Shown: positions 11,054-22,028 of the stretch, piece by piece
Position numbering within the stretch: the first letter of the stretch is position 1
How the letters are laid out: the number at the start of each line of letters is the position of its first letter
Assembly (NCBI GenBank): GCA_045564915.1
Contig: JBJLGL010000014.1
Coordinates: 7,691-71,690, forward strand
DNA from: Rhodospirillaceae bacterium
GTDB lineage: Bacteria > Pseudomonadota > Alphaproteobacteria > Rhodospirillales > Rhodospirillaceae
Reading direction: 5' to 3'
DNA length: 64,000 bases
Notes under the pieces: generated by a model
Database searches by the model: none
Told to the model about the DNA's origin: nothing
Seen by the model: the letters and a program-made list of their open reading frames with translations, nothing else
Position numbers and translations under genes: made by a program

Positions 11054-12700
11054 CTAAGTATGTTGCACCTTTAAGCCAAGAGCTGCGGATAATAGAGAGC
11101 GTGTATAAAGCTCTCGGGGCGCTTCAAATACTGCAGCAGCTCGGCCACTTTCCACTACCTGCCCCTCTTTCATGACGATAATGTCATCTGCCATAGCGCG
11201 GACCACGCGCAGATCATGGCTAATGAATATATAACCAAGATTAAACCGGTCTTGAAGTTCATGTAGAAGGTCAACAATTTGGGCCTGAACCGAGACATCG
11301 AGCGCGCTAGTGGGTTCATCCAGGACTATTAATTTTGGCTCTAAAACTAATGCACGCGCTATAGCGATTCTCTGACGCTGTCCTCCAGAAAACTCATGTG
11401 GATAACGATCCATAACATCAGGATCCAAACCCACATCGGCCAGCGCGCGCGACACATGCTCTCGCCTATGAGTTAGGTCACTTACTAGCCCATGCACAAT
11501 AAGACCCTCTTCGACAATTTGGCTTACTGACAACCTCGGACTCAAAGCACTGTATGGATCTTGAAAGACCATCTGCATGGATCTACGAAGAGGACGTACT
11601 TCTTTTGAGGCGTAGGCCTCTATATTGGTTCCTTGAAAACGAATAGTGCCTGAACTGCTAATTAAACGCAGCAGGGCTAGACCAAGAGTGGTCTTGCCAG
11701 ATCCACTCTCTCCCACTACACCAAGTGTTTTGCCAGCACTTAGAGAAAAAGTTACATCATCCACGGCCTTTATGTGACCAACCGTGCGTCGGACCAACCC
11801 TGTCTTGATGGGGAACCACACCTTCAAATGCTCCACCGAAATCAGATTTCCTTCTGCGCTCTTGTCTCGCAGGGCACCCAACTTTGGCTGGGCAGCTAAC
11901 AACTCTTGCGTATATGAATGCGCCGGCTTCTCGAAAACATCCCGGATAGAGCCTTCTTCTACTACCTTGCCAGCCTTCATCACACAGACCCGATTGGCAA
12001 TTCGTTGGACGATAGAAAGGTCGTGCGTGATGAATAGAATAGCCATCCCAAGCCGGCTCTGAAGCTCCTCAAGGATATCCAGAATTTGCGCTTGAATTGT
12101 AACATCCAGTGCCGTTGTAGGTTCATCCGCAATCAGAATATCCGGCTCTAATGCAAGAGCCATCGCAATCATAACTCTTTGGCGCTGACCCCCCGAAAGT
12201 TCATGAGGCAAAGCTCCCAACCTATTTTGTTCGCTTGATAGGCCAACCATATCGAGAAGCTCCAGAACACGCTTGCGTATCTGTCCAGCATCGAGGTTTC
12301 GGTGAATCTCTAGCACTTCCCCAATTTGCTTTTCGATTGATTGGAGCGGATTGAGAGAAGTCATAGGCTCCTGAAAGATAATTCCCACTTTATCACCGCG
12401 TATTTGTCGAAGATCTGTTTCGCATCCGCCAATGACTTGCTTATCACCCACCATTATTTTTCCGTTTGGAAATTTTGCTGAGGTAGGCAGTAACTGCAGC
12501 ACTGAAAGTGCTGTTACCGTCTTACCTGAACCGCTCTCTCCTACCAAGGCAAGTATTTCGCCCGCATGGAGATCAAACGAAACACCGTCTACAGCCAACG
12601 TTTCTGTCTGACTCTGCTGAAAATTGACTGATAGATTTTGCACCGAGAGAACCCGTTTGCGGTCGTGCTTAGATGCTATGGATTTTGTTGCCTCTATCAC
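11054..12700 (-). CDS. yejF: ABC transporter ATP-binding protein with duplicated ATPase (YejF-type)
   Basis: 548 aa with two Walker A motifs (GESGSGKT twice) and two LSGGQRQR signatures. Confidence 0.85.
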   Translation of the reverse strand: MIEATKSIASKHDRKRVLSVQNLSVNFQQSQTETLAVDGVSFDLHAGEILALVGESGSGKTVTALSVLQLLPTSAKFPNGKIMVGDKQVIGGCETDLRQIRGDKVGIIFQEPMTSLNPLQSIEKQIGEVLEIHRNLDAGQIRKRVLELLDMVGLSSEQNRLGALPHELSGGQRQRVMIAMALALEPDILIADEPTTALDVTIQAQILDILEELQSRLGMAILFITHDLSIVQRIANRVCVMKAGKVVEEGSIRDVFEKPAHSYTQELLAAQPKLGALRDKSAEGNLISVEHLKVWFPIKTGLVRRTVGHIKAVDDVTFSLSAGKTLGVVGESGSGKTTLGLALLRLISSSGTIRFQGTNIEAYASKEVRPLRRSMQMVFQDPYSALSPRLSVSQIVEEGLIVHGLVSDLTHRREHVSRALADVGLDPDVMDRYPHEFSGGQRQRIAIARALVLEPKLIVLDEPTSALDVSVQAQIVDLLHELQDRFNLGYIFISHDLRVVRAMADDIIVMKEGQVVESGRAAAVFEAPRELYTRSLLSAALGLKVQHT

Positions 12701-13749
12701 GACGCGTCTTTACGAGGATCGAAAGCATCCCTAACGGCTTCTCCGACAAAGACTAACAAAGTCAACATGCCGGCTAATGCAAAAAAGGCTGTTAGCCCCA
12801 GCCACGGCGCCTGGAGGTTTTCCTTACCTTGTCGTAAGAGTTCACCAAGCGACGGAGAGCCTGCTGGCAAGCCAAGTCCAAGGAAGTCGAGAGACGTGAG
12901 AGCAACAACTGAGCCAGACAGAATAAAAGGAAGAAAGGTAACGGTCGCTACCATTGCATTCGGCAATACGTGCTTAACCATAATCTTAGCATCATGCATG
13001 CCCAGTGCTCTTGCGGCCCTAACGTAATCAAAATTTCGTGCGCGCAAGAACTCGGCCCTGACTACAGCCACCAAAGCTGTCCAACTAAATAAAAGTAGGA
13101 CAATAAGAAGGGTCCAGAAACCCGCCGCTATAAAAGACGAAACGATGATCAATACAAAAAGTTGAGGAAGGCCATTCCAGATTTCAATAAACCTCTGAAA
13201 TAGTAGGTCAGTCCAACCTCCAAAATATCCTTGCACTGCACCAGCCGTGACCCCAATGATTGATGCAAGAAGCGTGAGGCTGATACCGAAGAAAAGAGAA
13301 AGGCGAAACCCATACAGTACACGCGCAAACACATCGCGAGCCTGATCATCCGTACCGAACCAATTCTCTTCCGAGGGTGGAGAAGGTGCAGGGACCTCAA
13401 GACGATAGTTTATGGTGTCGTAACTAAAACGTACTGGTGGCCACAAGACCCAACCAGATTTCTCAATGAGGCCTTCAATATAAGGATCGCGGTAGTCTGT
13501 CGGAGTTGAGAAGTCTCCTCCAAAGTCCGTTTCAGGATAATCGAAAAAGACGGGAAAATAGAACTCATCTTCAAAAGATAAAAAGATTGGCTTGTCATTA
13601 GCTATAAACTCAGCAAACAAAGCAAAGATGGTCAAGATTACAAGGATATAAAGCGACCACAGTCCACGTCGATTAGCTTTAAAATTAGCAATTCTACGTC
13701 TGCTCAATGGGGAAATTCTTGCTGATAGAAACGCTACTCCGAGAGTCAT
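12697..13749 (-). CDS. yejE: ABC transporter permease (YejE-type)
   Basis: 350-aa multi-TM protein of the oligopeptide-type permease family, in the yejABEF gene order. Confidence 0.8.
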   Translation of the reverse strand: MTLGVAFLSARISPLSRRRIANFKANRRGLWSLYILVILTIFALFAEFIANDKPIFLSFEDEFYFPVFFDYPETDFGGDFSTPTDYRDPYIEGLIEKSGWVLWPPVRFSYDTINYRLEVPAPSPPSEENWFGTDDQARDVFARVLYGFRLSLFFGISLTLLASIIGVTAGAVQGYFGGWTDLLFQRFIEIWNGLPQLFVLIIVSSFIAAGFWTLLIVLLLFSWTALVAVVRAEFLRARNFDYVRAARALGMHDAKIMVKHVLPNAMVATVTFLPFILSGSVVALTSLDFLGLGLPAGSPSLGELLRQGKENLQAPWLGLTAFFALAGMLTLLVFVGEAVRDAFDPRKDAS

Positions 13750-14822
13750 GACATTTGACTTTCAAAGTCGATACGCGGGTCAACCATATGATACGCAATG
13801 TCATTTACAAGATTTAGGACTAGACCGATTAGGCTGAACACATAGAGTGTGCCAAAGACTACGGGATAATCCCGATTTATTATGGCCTCAAACCCCAATA
13901 GCCCAAGGCCATCTAGAGAAAAAATAACTTCGACCAGCACTGAACCAGTAAATAACATACCCACGAGTGTCGCTGGGAAACCGGCAATTATGATCAGCAT
14001 AGCATTACGAAAGACGTGGCCATATAGCACCCTACTAGGTGAGAGACCTTTAGCACGGGCTGTCAGGACGTATTGTTTGTTGATTTCATCCAGAAAAGAG
14101 TTCTTTGTTAACATGGTTAGAGAAGCAAATCCCCCCACCACCATAGCCGTAACAGGAAGTGTTAAATGCCAGAAATAGTCTATGGTCTTGCCTATCAGGC
14201 TTAAATCATCCCAATTGTCAGAGGTTAAACCACGCAGGGGAAACCAATCTAGAAAACGCCCGCCCGCAAACAGAATAATTAATAATATTGAAAACAAGAA
14301 GGCCGGAATCGCATATCCAATAAAGACTGCATAAGATGTCGCAATATCAAATCTAGATCCATCGCGCACCGCCTTTGTAATGCCCAAAGGAATAGACACC
14401 AAATAGATGATCAACGTCGACCACACACCTAATGATATAGAAACAGGTAGCTTATCAATAATAAGTTCAAACACACCTTGCGAACGGAAGTAACTTTCAC
14501 CGAGATCAAAAGTTGCATAGTTACGAATCATTAGAATAAACCGTTGTAGTGGAGGCTTGTCGAAGCCAAATTGGCGCTCAATATCCGCTACAATTTCTGG
14601 CGGCAGGCCCTGGGCCCCGCGATATGTGCTTGATGTAGAAACAGACTCACCGGCGACACCTGCTATGCGGGCTGTCGCGGCAACCTCCAGCCCTTGGAGT
14701 TGAGCTAGAGCCTGCTCAACAGGGCCGCCTGGCGCGAACTGAACAATTGCAAAATTTACTGCAATAATTCCGAAAAGCGTAATGGGAATAAGCGCGATGC
14801 GGCGAGCAATATAGGTGGTCAT
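13746..14822 (-). CDS. yejB: ABC transporter permease (YejB-type)
   Basis: 358-aa multi-TM protein with an overlapping stop/start with yejE. Confidence 0.8.
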   Translation of the reverse strand: MTTYIARRIALIPITLFGIIAVNFAIVQFAPGGPVEQALAQLQGLEVAATARIAGVAGESVSTSSTYRGAQGLPPEIVADIERQFGFDKPPLQRFILMIRNYATFDLGESYFRSQGVFELIIDKLPVSISLGVWSTLIIYLVSIPLGITKAVRDGSRFDIATSYAVFIGYAIPAFLFSILLIILFAGGRFLDWFPLRGLTSDNWDDLSLIGKTIDYFWHLTLPVTAMVVGGFASLTMLTKNSFLDEINKQYVLTARAKGLSPSRVLYGHVFRNAMLIIIAGFPATLVGMLFTGSVLVEVIFSLDGLGLLGFEAIINRDYPVVFGTLYVFSLIGLVLNLVNDIAYHMVDPRIDFESQMS

Positions 14823-14842
14823 TCTCTAATTACGCTATTCTA

Positions 14843-16870
14843 TCACCGACTGCGACGCCGTACGAGGTTCCACAAGAGCAAAACCATACCGATGATCGCG
14901 ATCAAAACGATTAGTGCTCTATCATCAGGAGCATCTGGTGGATTAGATCCCACCCCAACAACATCTGGCTTTATAGCTTCACTTTTTTCTCGCCCACTGT
15001 CGACTTCCTCCCCATCTAACGTTGTGGCCCTTGCCTTATCATACCACCAAGTAGAAAAGGCAACACCGCGCAGTGGCACTTCCTCAGGGTGTGAGAATTT
15101 GTTCCACGACGCAACTCGATTATTAGGTGTATGCCAATGTGGGATGACATAGTAGCCCCACTGTAGAACACGGTCTAGCGCACGCACGTGCGCCACCAAG
15201 CCTTCCCTGGTATTTGCAAGAATTAGTTTCTCAATTAGTTCGTCTACTACCTGGTCTTTAATGCCTGAAAAATTACGCGACCCTTCTTGATTAGCGGCTG
15301 CAGATCCCCAGTAATCTCTCTGCTCATTCCCAGGCGACAGTGTCTGGCCCCAAGGAAACACAATCATGTCAAAGTCAAAGGCCTGAACGCGATTAACCCA
15401 TTGGGAAGTGTCAACAGTTCTAACTGTGGCATTTATTCCTATGCGTTTAAGATTCTGAATAAATGGAGCAATAATTCGCTCCCACGTTGGGTTGCGTAGT
15501 AATATCTCAAATGTAAATAATGTTCCGTCAGCATGTTTTAGCCCATCCGCTTCCTGTGACCATCCAGCTTCTTTAAGAATGGCTTGAGCCTTCAATAGAT
15601 TTTCTCTGATATTACCACTGCCGTTTGTTGTTGGAGGGCGATATTCATCATCAAAAAGTTCTGGTGGTAGTTGATCACGATATGGCTCAAGAATCTCAAG
15701 TTCGAGACCTACAGGCAGGCCAATTGCCGCAAGTTCAGAATTCTCATAATAGCTGCGCGTTCTCTCATACTGGTCGTAGAAAATAGTCTTATTGGTCCAT
15801 GGAAAATCAAATGCAAACGCTAGAGCCTTGCGAACCTCCCGATCAGCAAAGACAGGCCGCCGTGTGTTGTAGACAAATCCTTGCATACCCGACGGGGTCT
15901 GGTCAGGAAATTCTTCCTTAACGATTCGGCCTTGCTCAAGGTCATCACCCTTATAACCAATAGACCAATTTCGAGCGGAGTTCTCATAACGAATATCATA
16001 CTCACCAGCGAGAAAGGCTTCGAACTCCACTACTTGATCGCGATAATAGTCAAAGCGAATAGAGTCAAAATTATGCCTTCCGACATTTACTGGCAAATCA
16101 GCGCCCCAATAGCCTCGGTTCCTTTCGTATTCAATAAAGCGGCCCGGCTCGAATCTCTTTATTCGGTATGGGCCGCTCCCAAGTGGGGAAATTAAACCTG
16201 GGTCCTGGAAATCTTTATTTATCCAATACGCACGAGACAGGATCGGCATTTCCCCAAGAATGAGCGGTAACTCATTGTTGCTTGTTCTAAAGAAAAAGGT
16301 AACTTCTCGATCTCCAGTTTCTTCTACACGATCAACATCACCAAAATAGGCCCGGTAGAGAGGTGCTCCTTCAGATGTCAAAATGTTGAACGAGAAAATG
16401 ACATCATCTACAACAATTTGGGATCCGTCCTGAAACTGGGCCTCGGGCCGGAGACGAAACTTCACAGATGTTCTATCTTTTGGCACCTCTATAGTTTCTG
16501 CAATCAGGCCGTACATTGTAAACGGCTCATCAAGGCTGCTGATCATCAAACTTTCAGAAATGGGGGTAGAAATGGCAGGAAGGTGATCATGCTGATGCAG
16601 TCCAGAAAGTCCGGCGGCTGGTGTGCCCTTCAGTATGAAAGGGTTAAGAGAGTCAAATGTAGTGGAGCCAGCGCGCACAATGACCTTTCCCGCCTTGGGT
16701 GCTTTGGGATTAACGTAATCAAAATGCAGAAAACCTTTTTGGTATTTCGGTGAGTTATGAATTGCAAAACCATGGACAGGCGTACCGTATTCAGCAACGG
16801 CTGAGGAAGTGTAAAAACTGTAGCAGGCTGCAAGTAAAAGGTTGGTGAACAGCTTGTTTCCAATCTTCAT
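14843..16870 (-). CDS. yejA: extracellular solute-binding protein family 5 (YejA-type)
   Basis: The ORF track extends to 16960, which would overlap the upstream gene. The Met at 16870 gives the signal peptide MKIGNKLFTNLLLAACYSFYTSSAVA. Confidence 0.8.
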   Translation of the reverse strand: MKIGNKLFTNLLLAACYSFYTSSAVAEYGTPVHGFAIHNSPKYQKGFLHFDYVNPKAPKAGKVIVRAGSTTFDSLNPFILKGTPAAGLSGLHQHDHLPAISTPISESLMISSLDEPFTMYGLIAETIEVPKDRTSVKFRLRPEAQFQDGSQIVVDDVIFSFNILTSEGAPLYRAYFGDVDRVEETGDREVTFFFRTSNNELPLILGEMPILSRAYWINKDFQDPGLISPLGSGPYRIKRFEPGRFIEYERNRGYWGADLPVNVGRHNFDSIRFDYYRDQVVEFEAFLAGEYDIRYENSARNWSIGYKGDDLEQGRIVKEEFPDQTPSGMQGFVYNTRRPVFADREVRKALAFAFDFPWTNKTIFYDQYERTRSYYENSELAAIGLPVGLELEILEPYRDQLPPELFDDEYRPPTTNGSGNIRENLLKAQAILKEAGWSQEADGLKHADGTLFTFEILLRNPTWERIIAPFIQNLKRIGINATVRTVDTSQWVNRVQAFDFDMIVFPWGQTLSPGNEQRDYWGSAAANQEGSRNFSGIKDQVVDELIEKLILANTREGLVAHVRALDRVLQWGYYVIPHWHTPNNRVASWNKFSHPEEVPLRGVAFSTWWYDKARATTLDGEEVDSGREKSEAIKPDVVGVGSNPPDAPDDRALIVLIAIIGMVLLLWNLVRRRSR

Positions 16871-16871
16871 A

Positions 16872-17663
16872 TTACAAAGACTCCTGGGATAGAATTGCCA
16901 CAGCATCCGCGTGTATAGAAAGATTAGATGATGCAAGAACTTGCCTATACTCAGTTCCATTCAACGGCAGACCCCCCCAGTCCGTCATGACACCACCTGC
17001 ATTCTCGATAATGGGAACCATCGCGCCGTATTCGTATACACTAAGCTTCTCGCAAACCATATCCGTCCACCCGCTAGCGACCATACCATAATGGTAACAG
17101 TCCGTTCCGCCGTACCGACGTGCCTTTACTGCTTTGGTCAATCGGTCAACTGCAAGGCACTCTTCGGGATCGAAGAAATCAGGCGAGGTTATGTAAAGAG
17201 ACGCAGCGGACAACGATGCGCAGGAACCTACCTTAGCAAGTTTTCCATTCAGCATCGTGGCTTGGCTGGCGCCGCCGATCCAGCGCTCTTTTAATACTGG
17301 CTGGTCTATCAGGCCGAGCCAGGGCTCACCGTTCTTTACAATGCCTACAATAGTTGTAAAAAGTGGGACTCCGTTTATGAATGATACGGTTCCATCTACC
17401 GGATCTAATACCCATACGTAATCTGCATCAGGCCGGTCGGTGCCATATTCCTCACCGATAATACCATGTTCAGGAAAAGCCTTCTCAATGAGCGAGCGCA
17501 AAGCCGCCTCTGTTTCCCGATCGGCAAGAGTGACCGGACTGTTGTCAGCCTTATCCTCCACAGCTACATCGTTGCGAAAATAGGAGAGTGTTATCTCTGA
17601 AGCAGCATCCGCTAGTTGCTGCGCAAGAGCAAAACAATCAGAGGCGAGTTTTTTTTCTGCCAT
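16872..17663 (-). CDS. inositol monophosphatase family protein (possibly histidinol-phosphatase type)
   Basis: 263 aa containing WVLDPVDGT and the other IMPase motifs. Confidence 0.8.
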   Translation of the reverse strand: MAEKKLASDCFALAQQLADAASEITLSYFRNDVAVEDKADNSPVTLADRETEAALRSLIEKAFPEHGIIGEEYGTDRPDADYVWVLDPVDGTVSFINGVPLFTTIVGIVKNGEPWLGLIDQPVLKERWIGGASQATMLNGKLAKVGSCASLSAASLYITSPDFFDPEECLAVDRLTKAVKARRYGGTDCYHYGMVASGWTDMVCEKLSVYEYGAMVPIIENAGGVMTDWGGLPLNGTEYRQVLASSNLSIHADAVAILSQESL

Positions 17664-17674
17664 TGAAGGCGCGA

Positions 17675-18349
17675 TTATGGCATTTCCACAGCGTCATCAG
17701 CCGCTTCAACAACATTGTCTATACCCGCATCCATGATGTTACTCTCCGTCTCAGCTGATTCTCCAATGAGTGCTTCCACTGGATCTAAAATCACTTCAGG
17801 TGGGCTCTCCGTCTTACTCATCAAGAATTTGATGATGGAAGCGCGATCTTTGGGTTTGCGTAAACCTATAAAAGACATGGTGCCTTTAGGAGCAAAACTC
17901 TTAGGATCTTCCAAGTATGCGTTCAGATTGTCATAAGTCCAAACATCAGCACCAGCCAGTATCGATTCTGACAGCTTGAAGCCGTCTCGAGGACGGTCTG
18001 CTAAACTTGCGCCAACAATATTGTAAAGGTTAGGGCCGGTGCCATTGCGCTCACCCTGTTCAAATGTGTGACATGATTGGCACTTGCGAGCCACTTTTGT
18101 TCCATCTTCAACAGCTGCTGTGGCTAATAGCGGTTTAACATCGACCAAGATATCATCAACTACCTCGCCCCCGCCGGCCCCGAATCCCTCTGGAATTTCA
18201 ATTTCATAGCCAAATGTAGTAAAACCATCGTCGTCAGGAACTAGGAAATGGCTAACTTCATTTGCACCGATGGTCAGCCAAACAGCCGCAAACCCGGCCA
18301 TCATTGCCGAATTGGACTTAAACTTGTCGGGGGACTGTTTTTCCGCCAT
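17675..18349 (-). CDS. membrane-anchored c-type cytochrome (CycM-like)
   Basis: Heme motif CQSCH, one N-terminal TM (AMMAGFAAVWLTIGA) and an acidic C-terminal tail. I placed the start at Met13 of the track ORF (MAEKQ). Confidence 0.7.
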   Translation of the reverse strand: MAEKQSPDKFKSNSAMMAGFAAVWLTIGANEVSHFLVPDDDGFTTFGYEIEIPEGFGAGGGEVVDDILVDVKPLLATAAVEDGTKVARKCQSCHTFEQGERNGTGPNLYNIVGASLADRPRDGFKLSESILAGADVWTYDNLNAYLEDPKSFAPKGTMSFIGLRKPKDRASIIKFLMSKTESPPEVILDPVEALIGESAETESNIMDAGIDNVVEAADDAVEMP

Positions 18350-18513
18350 TTTCTGGTCCTTAGCCAGTAACGATGCCCATCCCATAAAGGGTTAGGTCGC
18401 TAATCTCAATAGATATCCTAAACTGGGACCTATTATCATGTTAAGAGGCAAAAAAGTGAAGCCTTTCCATGGCTTGTTAGAATCAAAAGGATGAGAAGGT
18501 TTAGATTGAAAAA

Positions 18514-19254
18514 ATGACTCACAAAAACACCCTGGTCGTTATACCGGCGCGATTGGCTGCATCGCGGCTTCCGGATAAGCCCTTAGCTCGGATCGGATCT
18601 GAGCCTATGATTATTCATGTATGGAAAAAAGCAATTGCCGCAGATGTTGGGCCAGTATTAGTAGCGTGCGGTGATGAGGCTATCGCTGATGCCGTGCGGG
18701 AGGCTGGTGGTACGGCGGTAATGACCGCACCGGACCTACCCAGTGGGTCTGATCGGGTCTGGGTGGCCACTGAAACATTCGATCCTGATCACGAGTTTGA
18801 CCATGTAATTAATGTGCAAGGTGACTTGCCAACCATGGACCCACGAATCGTCAATACTGCGATTGACGCTCTCGTGCGCGGTAAAACTGATATTGGCACT
18901 CTGGTTGCCGAAATTACCGACAAGCACGAACTCGAAGACCGAAATGTAGTCAAGGTAGCAATTGATTTTCCACCCGGGGTCAAAATTGCGCCAGCACTCT
19001 ATTTCAGCAGGAGCTTAATTCCATCAGGCGAGGGCCCAGTCTACCATCACATCGGAATTTATTCCTACACGCGTCGGGCGTTAAGCCGGTTCGTCAAGTT
19101 TCAGCCTTCGGGACTTGAAGTGAGAGAGCAGCTTGAGCAGTTGCGCGGCCTAACCAATGGAATGACTATTTCTGCCGGTCTCGTTGACAGCGTTCCCTTT
19201 GGTGTTGATACTCCGGCTGACCTTGAGAGGGCAAGGCAGATTTTGGCACCCTAA
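18514..19254 (+). CDS. kdsB: 3-deoxy-manno-octulosonate cytidylyltransferase
   Basis: 246 aa with N-terminal VIPARLAASRLPDKPL. Confidence 0.9.
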   Translation: MTHKNTLVVIPARLAASRLPDKPLARIGSEPMIIHVWKKAIAADVGPVLVACGDEAIADAVREAGGTAVMTAPDLPSGSDRVWVATETFDPDHEFDHVINVQGDLPTMDPRIVNTAIDALVRGKTDIGTLVAEITDKHELEDRNVVKVAIDFPPGVKIAPALYFSRSLIPSGEGPVYHHIGIYSYTRRALSRFVKFQPSGLEVREQLEQLRGLTNGMTISAGLVDSVPFGVDTPADLERARQILAP

Positions 19255-19276
19255 CCCCGGTCACGGCTTATCTCAA

Positions 19277-20158
19277 ATGTCTCAATCACCAACTAATCAT
19301 GCTTCTAAGACTATAGCGTTCCAAGGCGCACTCGGAGCAAATTCTCACCTTGCATGCCAATCTGCCTACCCGGAAATGAGATATATGGCATGCCAAGGAT
19401 TTGAGGATGCATTCTCCGCTGTAAGGGAAAATCAAGCCTTGCTTGCCATGATTCCTGTGGAAAACTCCGTCATGGGCCGGATTGCCGATATTCATCACAT
19501 TCTGCCAGACTCGGGCTTACATATCATCGGTGAACATTTTCAGCACGTAAATCACCAATTACTTGCGGTGAAAGGTGCAACACTTGAGGACCTAAAGGTT
19601 GTGGAAAGCCAATTACCAGCATTGTCACAATGCCGTAACTTCATAAAAAAGTATGGATTAGAGCAAGTTTCTGCCAGCGACACCGCTGGAGCGGCCCGGG
19701 ATGTTGCAAAACGGGGCGACCCAACCGTAGGTGCAATTGCCTCGTCTTTAGCAGCAAAAATATATGGCCTAAACGTACTAGCCTCAAATATCGAAGATGC
19801 TGCGCACAACACAACACGCTTTATTATTATGTCTCAGAATTCGCAGATACCAAAGCAAGGTAGTGGAGCTGTTGTGACCTCTATAGTTTTCCGAGTGCGC
19901 AACGTCCCGGCTGCCCTGTATAAAGCCATGGGCGGATTAGCAACCAATGGTGTCAACATAACCAAACTTGAAAGCTATATGCTTGGAGGGCACTTTACGG
20001 CGACCCAATTTTATGCCGACATAGAGGGGCATCCTGAAGAACGCCCAGTCAAGCTCGCCCTTGAAGAACTTAACTTTTATACAAAAGAAGTAAGAATTTT
20101 AGGGACCTATCCAGCTCATCCTTACCGGCTAGAAGCAGCCTCCCCAGATGAAAATTAG
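19277..20158 (+). CDS. pheA: prephenate dehydratase
   Basis: PDT domain (IAFQGALGANSHLAC) plus a C-terminal ACT-like domain. The track ORF starts at 19184 inside kdsB, so I prefer the Met at 19277. Confidence 0.85.
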   Translation: MSQSPTNHASKTIAFQGALGANSHLACQSAYPEMRYMACQGFEDAFSAVRENQALLAMIPVENSVMGRIADIHHILPDSGLHIIGEHFQHVNHQLLAVKGATLEDLKVVESQLPALSQCRNFIKKYGLEQVSASDTAGAARDVAKRGDPTVGAIASSLAAKIYGLNVLASNIEDAAHNTTRFIIMSQNSQIPKQGSGAVVTSIVFRVRNVPAALYKAMGGLATNGVNITKLESYMLGGHFTATQFYADIEGHPEERPVKLALEELNFYTKEVRILGTYPAHPYRLEAASPDEN

Positions 20159-20167
20159 CTTAAGCAT

Positions 20168-21106
20168 TTAGTCCCCCTCAGCACGCCAGCGCTCCAAGAG
20201 CATGCGGGCAATAGAAAACGTGTTGGGGAGTTTCGGGCCAGTAGTGTCATCTCCCATTTCACCATATGTAGATAATTCCTCGCGTGTAACCCAACGAATG
20301 TCTTCGAGTTCGTCATCTCCAGGATTAAATCCTACATTCAGGGCCCGTGCGGTAAATCCCAACATAAGAGACGACGGGAACGGCCAGGGCTGTGAAGCGA
20401 CATATCGGATGTCTGTGGTTTCCACACCTGTCTCTTCTCTAATTTCACGCTGAACACACTCTTCAAGAGATTCGCCTGGCTCCACAAATCCCGCAACAAC
20501 TGAATACATACCCTCAGGCCAGCGACTTTGGCGACCGAGAAGACACTTGCCACCATCTGGATGCACAACCAAAGTGATTACTGCGGGGTCAGTTCTAGGA
20601 AACGTGCGGTATCCACACTCGGAATTTCTACATACTCGGACGTGGCCACCATCAAATGCACTAGTTGGCGCGCCACAGCGTCCACAATGTAAGTGATTCA
20701 TATGCCAAAGCACCATGCCTCTGGCATATGAAAGTAGGGCTGCTTGATCGGCTGGCAAGGAACCAACACGAGGGTGGAGTTGCTCAAACCTACCCAATTG
20801 CAACAAAGATTTAGGTGCTTCGTTGCCGGTGAGAGATAATGCGAACCATACTATATTGTCACCGCGCCCCAGAAAAATAAGGGCACTCTCTGTTTCCATA
20901 ATTTCTGTAGCATCATGCTTAGAAATCCATTGTCTCTCTCCGCTAGCCTCACAAAAGAAATGATTGCCCTTCCAGACCGGCAAAATGCGTACATCTTCAT
21001 AACTTGCAAAGTCTTGGACATTCCCCTGCGACGAACGAAGCTCGGCCGCACGGTCCAGTGAACCCCCAGTGTATGTGAGACGCCATGAAAAATTCTCGGT
21101 GTTCAA
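20168..21106 (-). CDS. nudC: NAD+ diphosphatase (NudC-type Nudix hydrolase)
   Basis: Zinc ribbon CGRCG...C..C followed by the Nudix box GFVEPGESLEECVQREIREETGV. Confidence 0.8.
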   Translation of the reverse strand: MNTENFSWRLTYTGGSLDRAAELRSSQGNVQDFASYEDVRILPVWKGNHFFCEASGERQWISKHDATEIMETESALIFLGRGDNIVWFALSLTGNEAPKSLLQLGRFEQLHPRVGSLPADQAALLSYARGMVLWHMNHLHCGRCGAPTSAFDGGHVRVCRNSECGYRTFPRTDPAVITLVVHPDGGKCLLGRQSRWPEGMYSVVAGFVEPGESLEECVQREIREETGVETTDIRYVASQPWPFPSSLMLGFTARALNVGFNPGDDELEDIRWVTREELSTYGEMGDDTTGPKLPNTFSIARMLLERWRAEGD

Positions 21107-21127
21107 GAATCTAATCCAACCTAAAAT

Positions 21128-21589
21128 TCAGTGTCTTCGATGGTACGGGTGTTCTGTCAGAATACAATGGGTGCGATATAATTGTTCAACGAGCATAGCC
21201 CGAACTAACATGTGAGGCCATGTTGCCCGACCAAACGACAGTGCAAGGTCGGTTGAATCTACACCGCCCTTTTCTAGCCCATTTGGGCCGCCAATAAGAA
21301 ATGCAAGGCTGGAAAACCCGTCGTCTCGCCAGGCCCTTACTCTATCAGCAAATTCATTACTGGTCATGGACTTGCCCCTCGAGTCAAGGCAAATGGTTCG
21401 TGCTCTCTTAGGAACCAAATCAAGCAAGGCCTGGGTCTCACTCCGAATAGCTACGTTTAATTGAGTGCTGTTTTTATGATCAATTTCTCGAATGTCTACT
21501 GACCAGGGTAAACGTGTGAGGTAGGTGTCAATAATAGATTTCTCTGGCCCATTTTTCATACGCCCCACGGCTGCAATAACGATATTCAC
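21128..21589 (-). CDS. rlmH: 23S rRNA (pseudouridine1915-N3)-methyltransferase
   Basis: 153-aa SPOUT-type protein downstream of rsfS. Confidence 0.9.
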   Translation of the reverse strand: MNIVIAAVGRMKNGPEKSIIDTYLTRLPWSVDIREIDHKNSTQLNVAIRSETQALLDLVPKRARTICLDSRGKSMTSNEFADRVRAWRDDGFSSLAFLIGGPNGLEKGGVDSTDLALSFGRATWPHMLVRAMLVEQLYRTHCILTEHPYHRRH

Positions 21590-21623
21590 GAATGCGCCTT
21601 CTGCAAATATAGCATTGTAATCC

Positions 21624-21980
21624 CTATAAAGCAGGTGTAGTGCAAATTACAGTAGGGCCAGAATCCGAAGACTGCATGGACACACCCCATATTTTCTCAA
21701 TGCTATAAAAAGCACGGACCTCTGGCCTAAAAAGATGTACAATGATATCTCCAGCATCGATCAAGACCCAATCACTCTGGGAGCGCCCTTCCGCTTTAGG
21801 GGTAACGCCAAGCTCTTTGAGTTTTTGAATAATGTGATCAGACATTGCGCTAACCAACCTAGCTGAATTGCCAGATGCTATAATCATACGGTCTGCAATG
21901 GAGGTTTTTCCCACAAGGTCAATGACCGAGATATCTTGGGCTTTATCGTCTTCTAGAGAAGATTCAATGCATTCGACCAT
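21624..21980 (-). CDS. rsfS: ribosome silencing factor
   Basis: 118 aa with LEDDKAQDISVIDL..., in the nadD-rsfS-rlmH context. Confidence 0.85.
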   Translation of the reverse strand: MVECIESSLEDDKAQDISVIDLVGKTSIADRMIIASGNSARLVSAMSDHIIQKLKELGVTPKAEGRSQSDWVLIDAGDIIVHLFRPEVRAFYSIEKIWGVSMQSSDSGPTVICTTPAL

Positions 21981-22028
21981 TTGTTCCAGGTCGACCGGAG
22001 AACGTTTTGAACTAATGATCTGCTCCTT

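Noticed and set aside
14843-16960. Long N-terminal extensions in track ORFs: yejA to 16960, pheA from 19184, rplU to 27153, TBDR from 38221, MTase from 57706.
   Set aside because: The extensions overlap upstream genes or precede canonical N-termini or signal peptides. I preferred internal Met starts.
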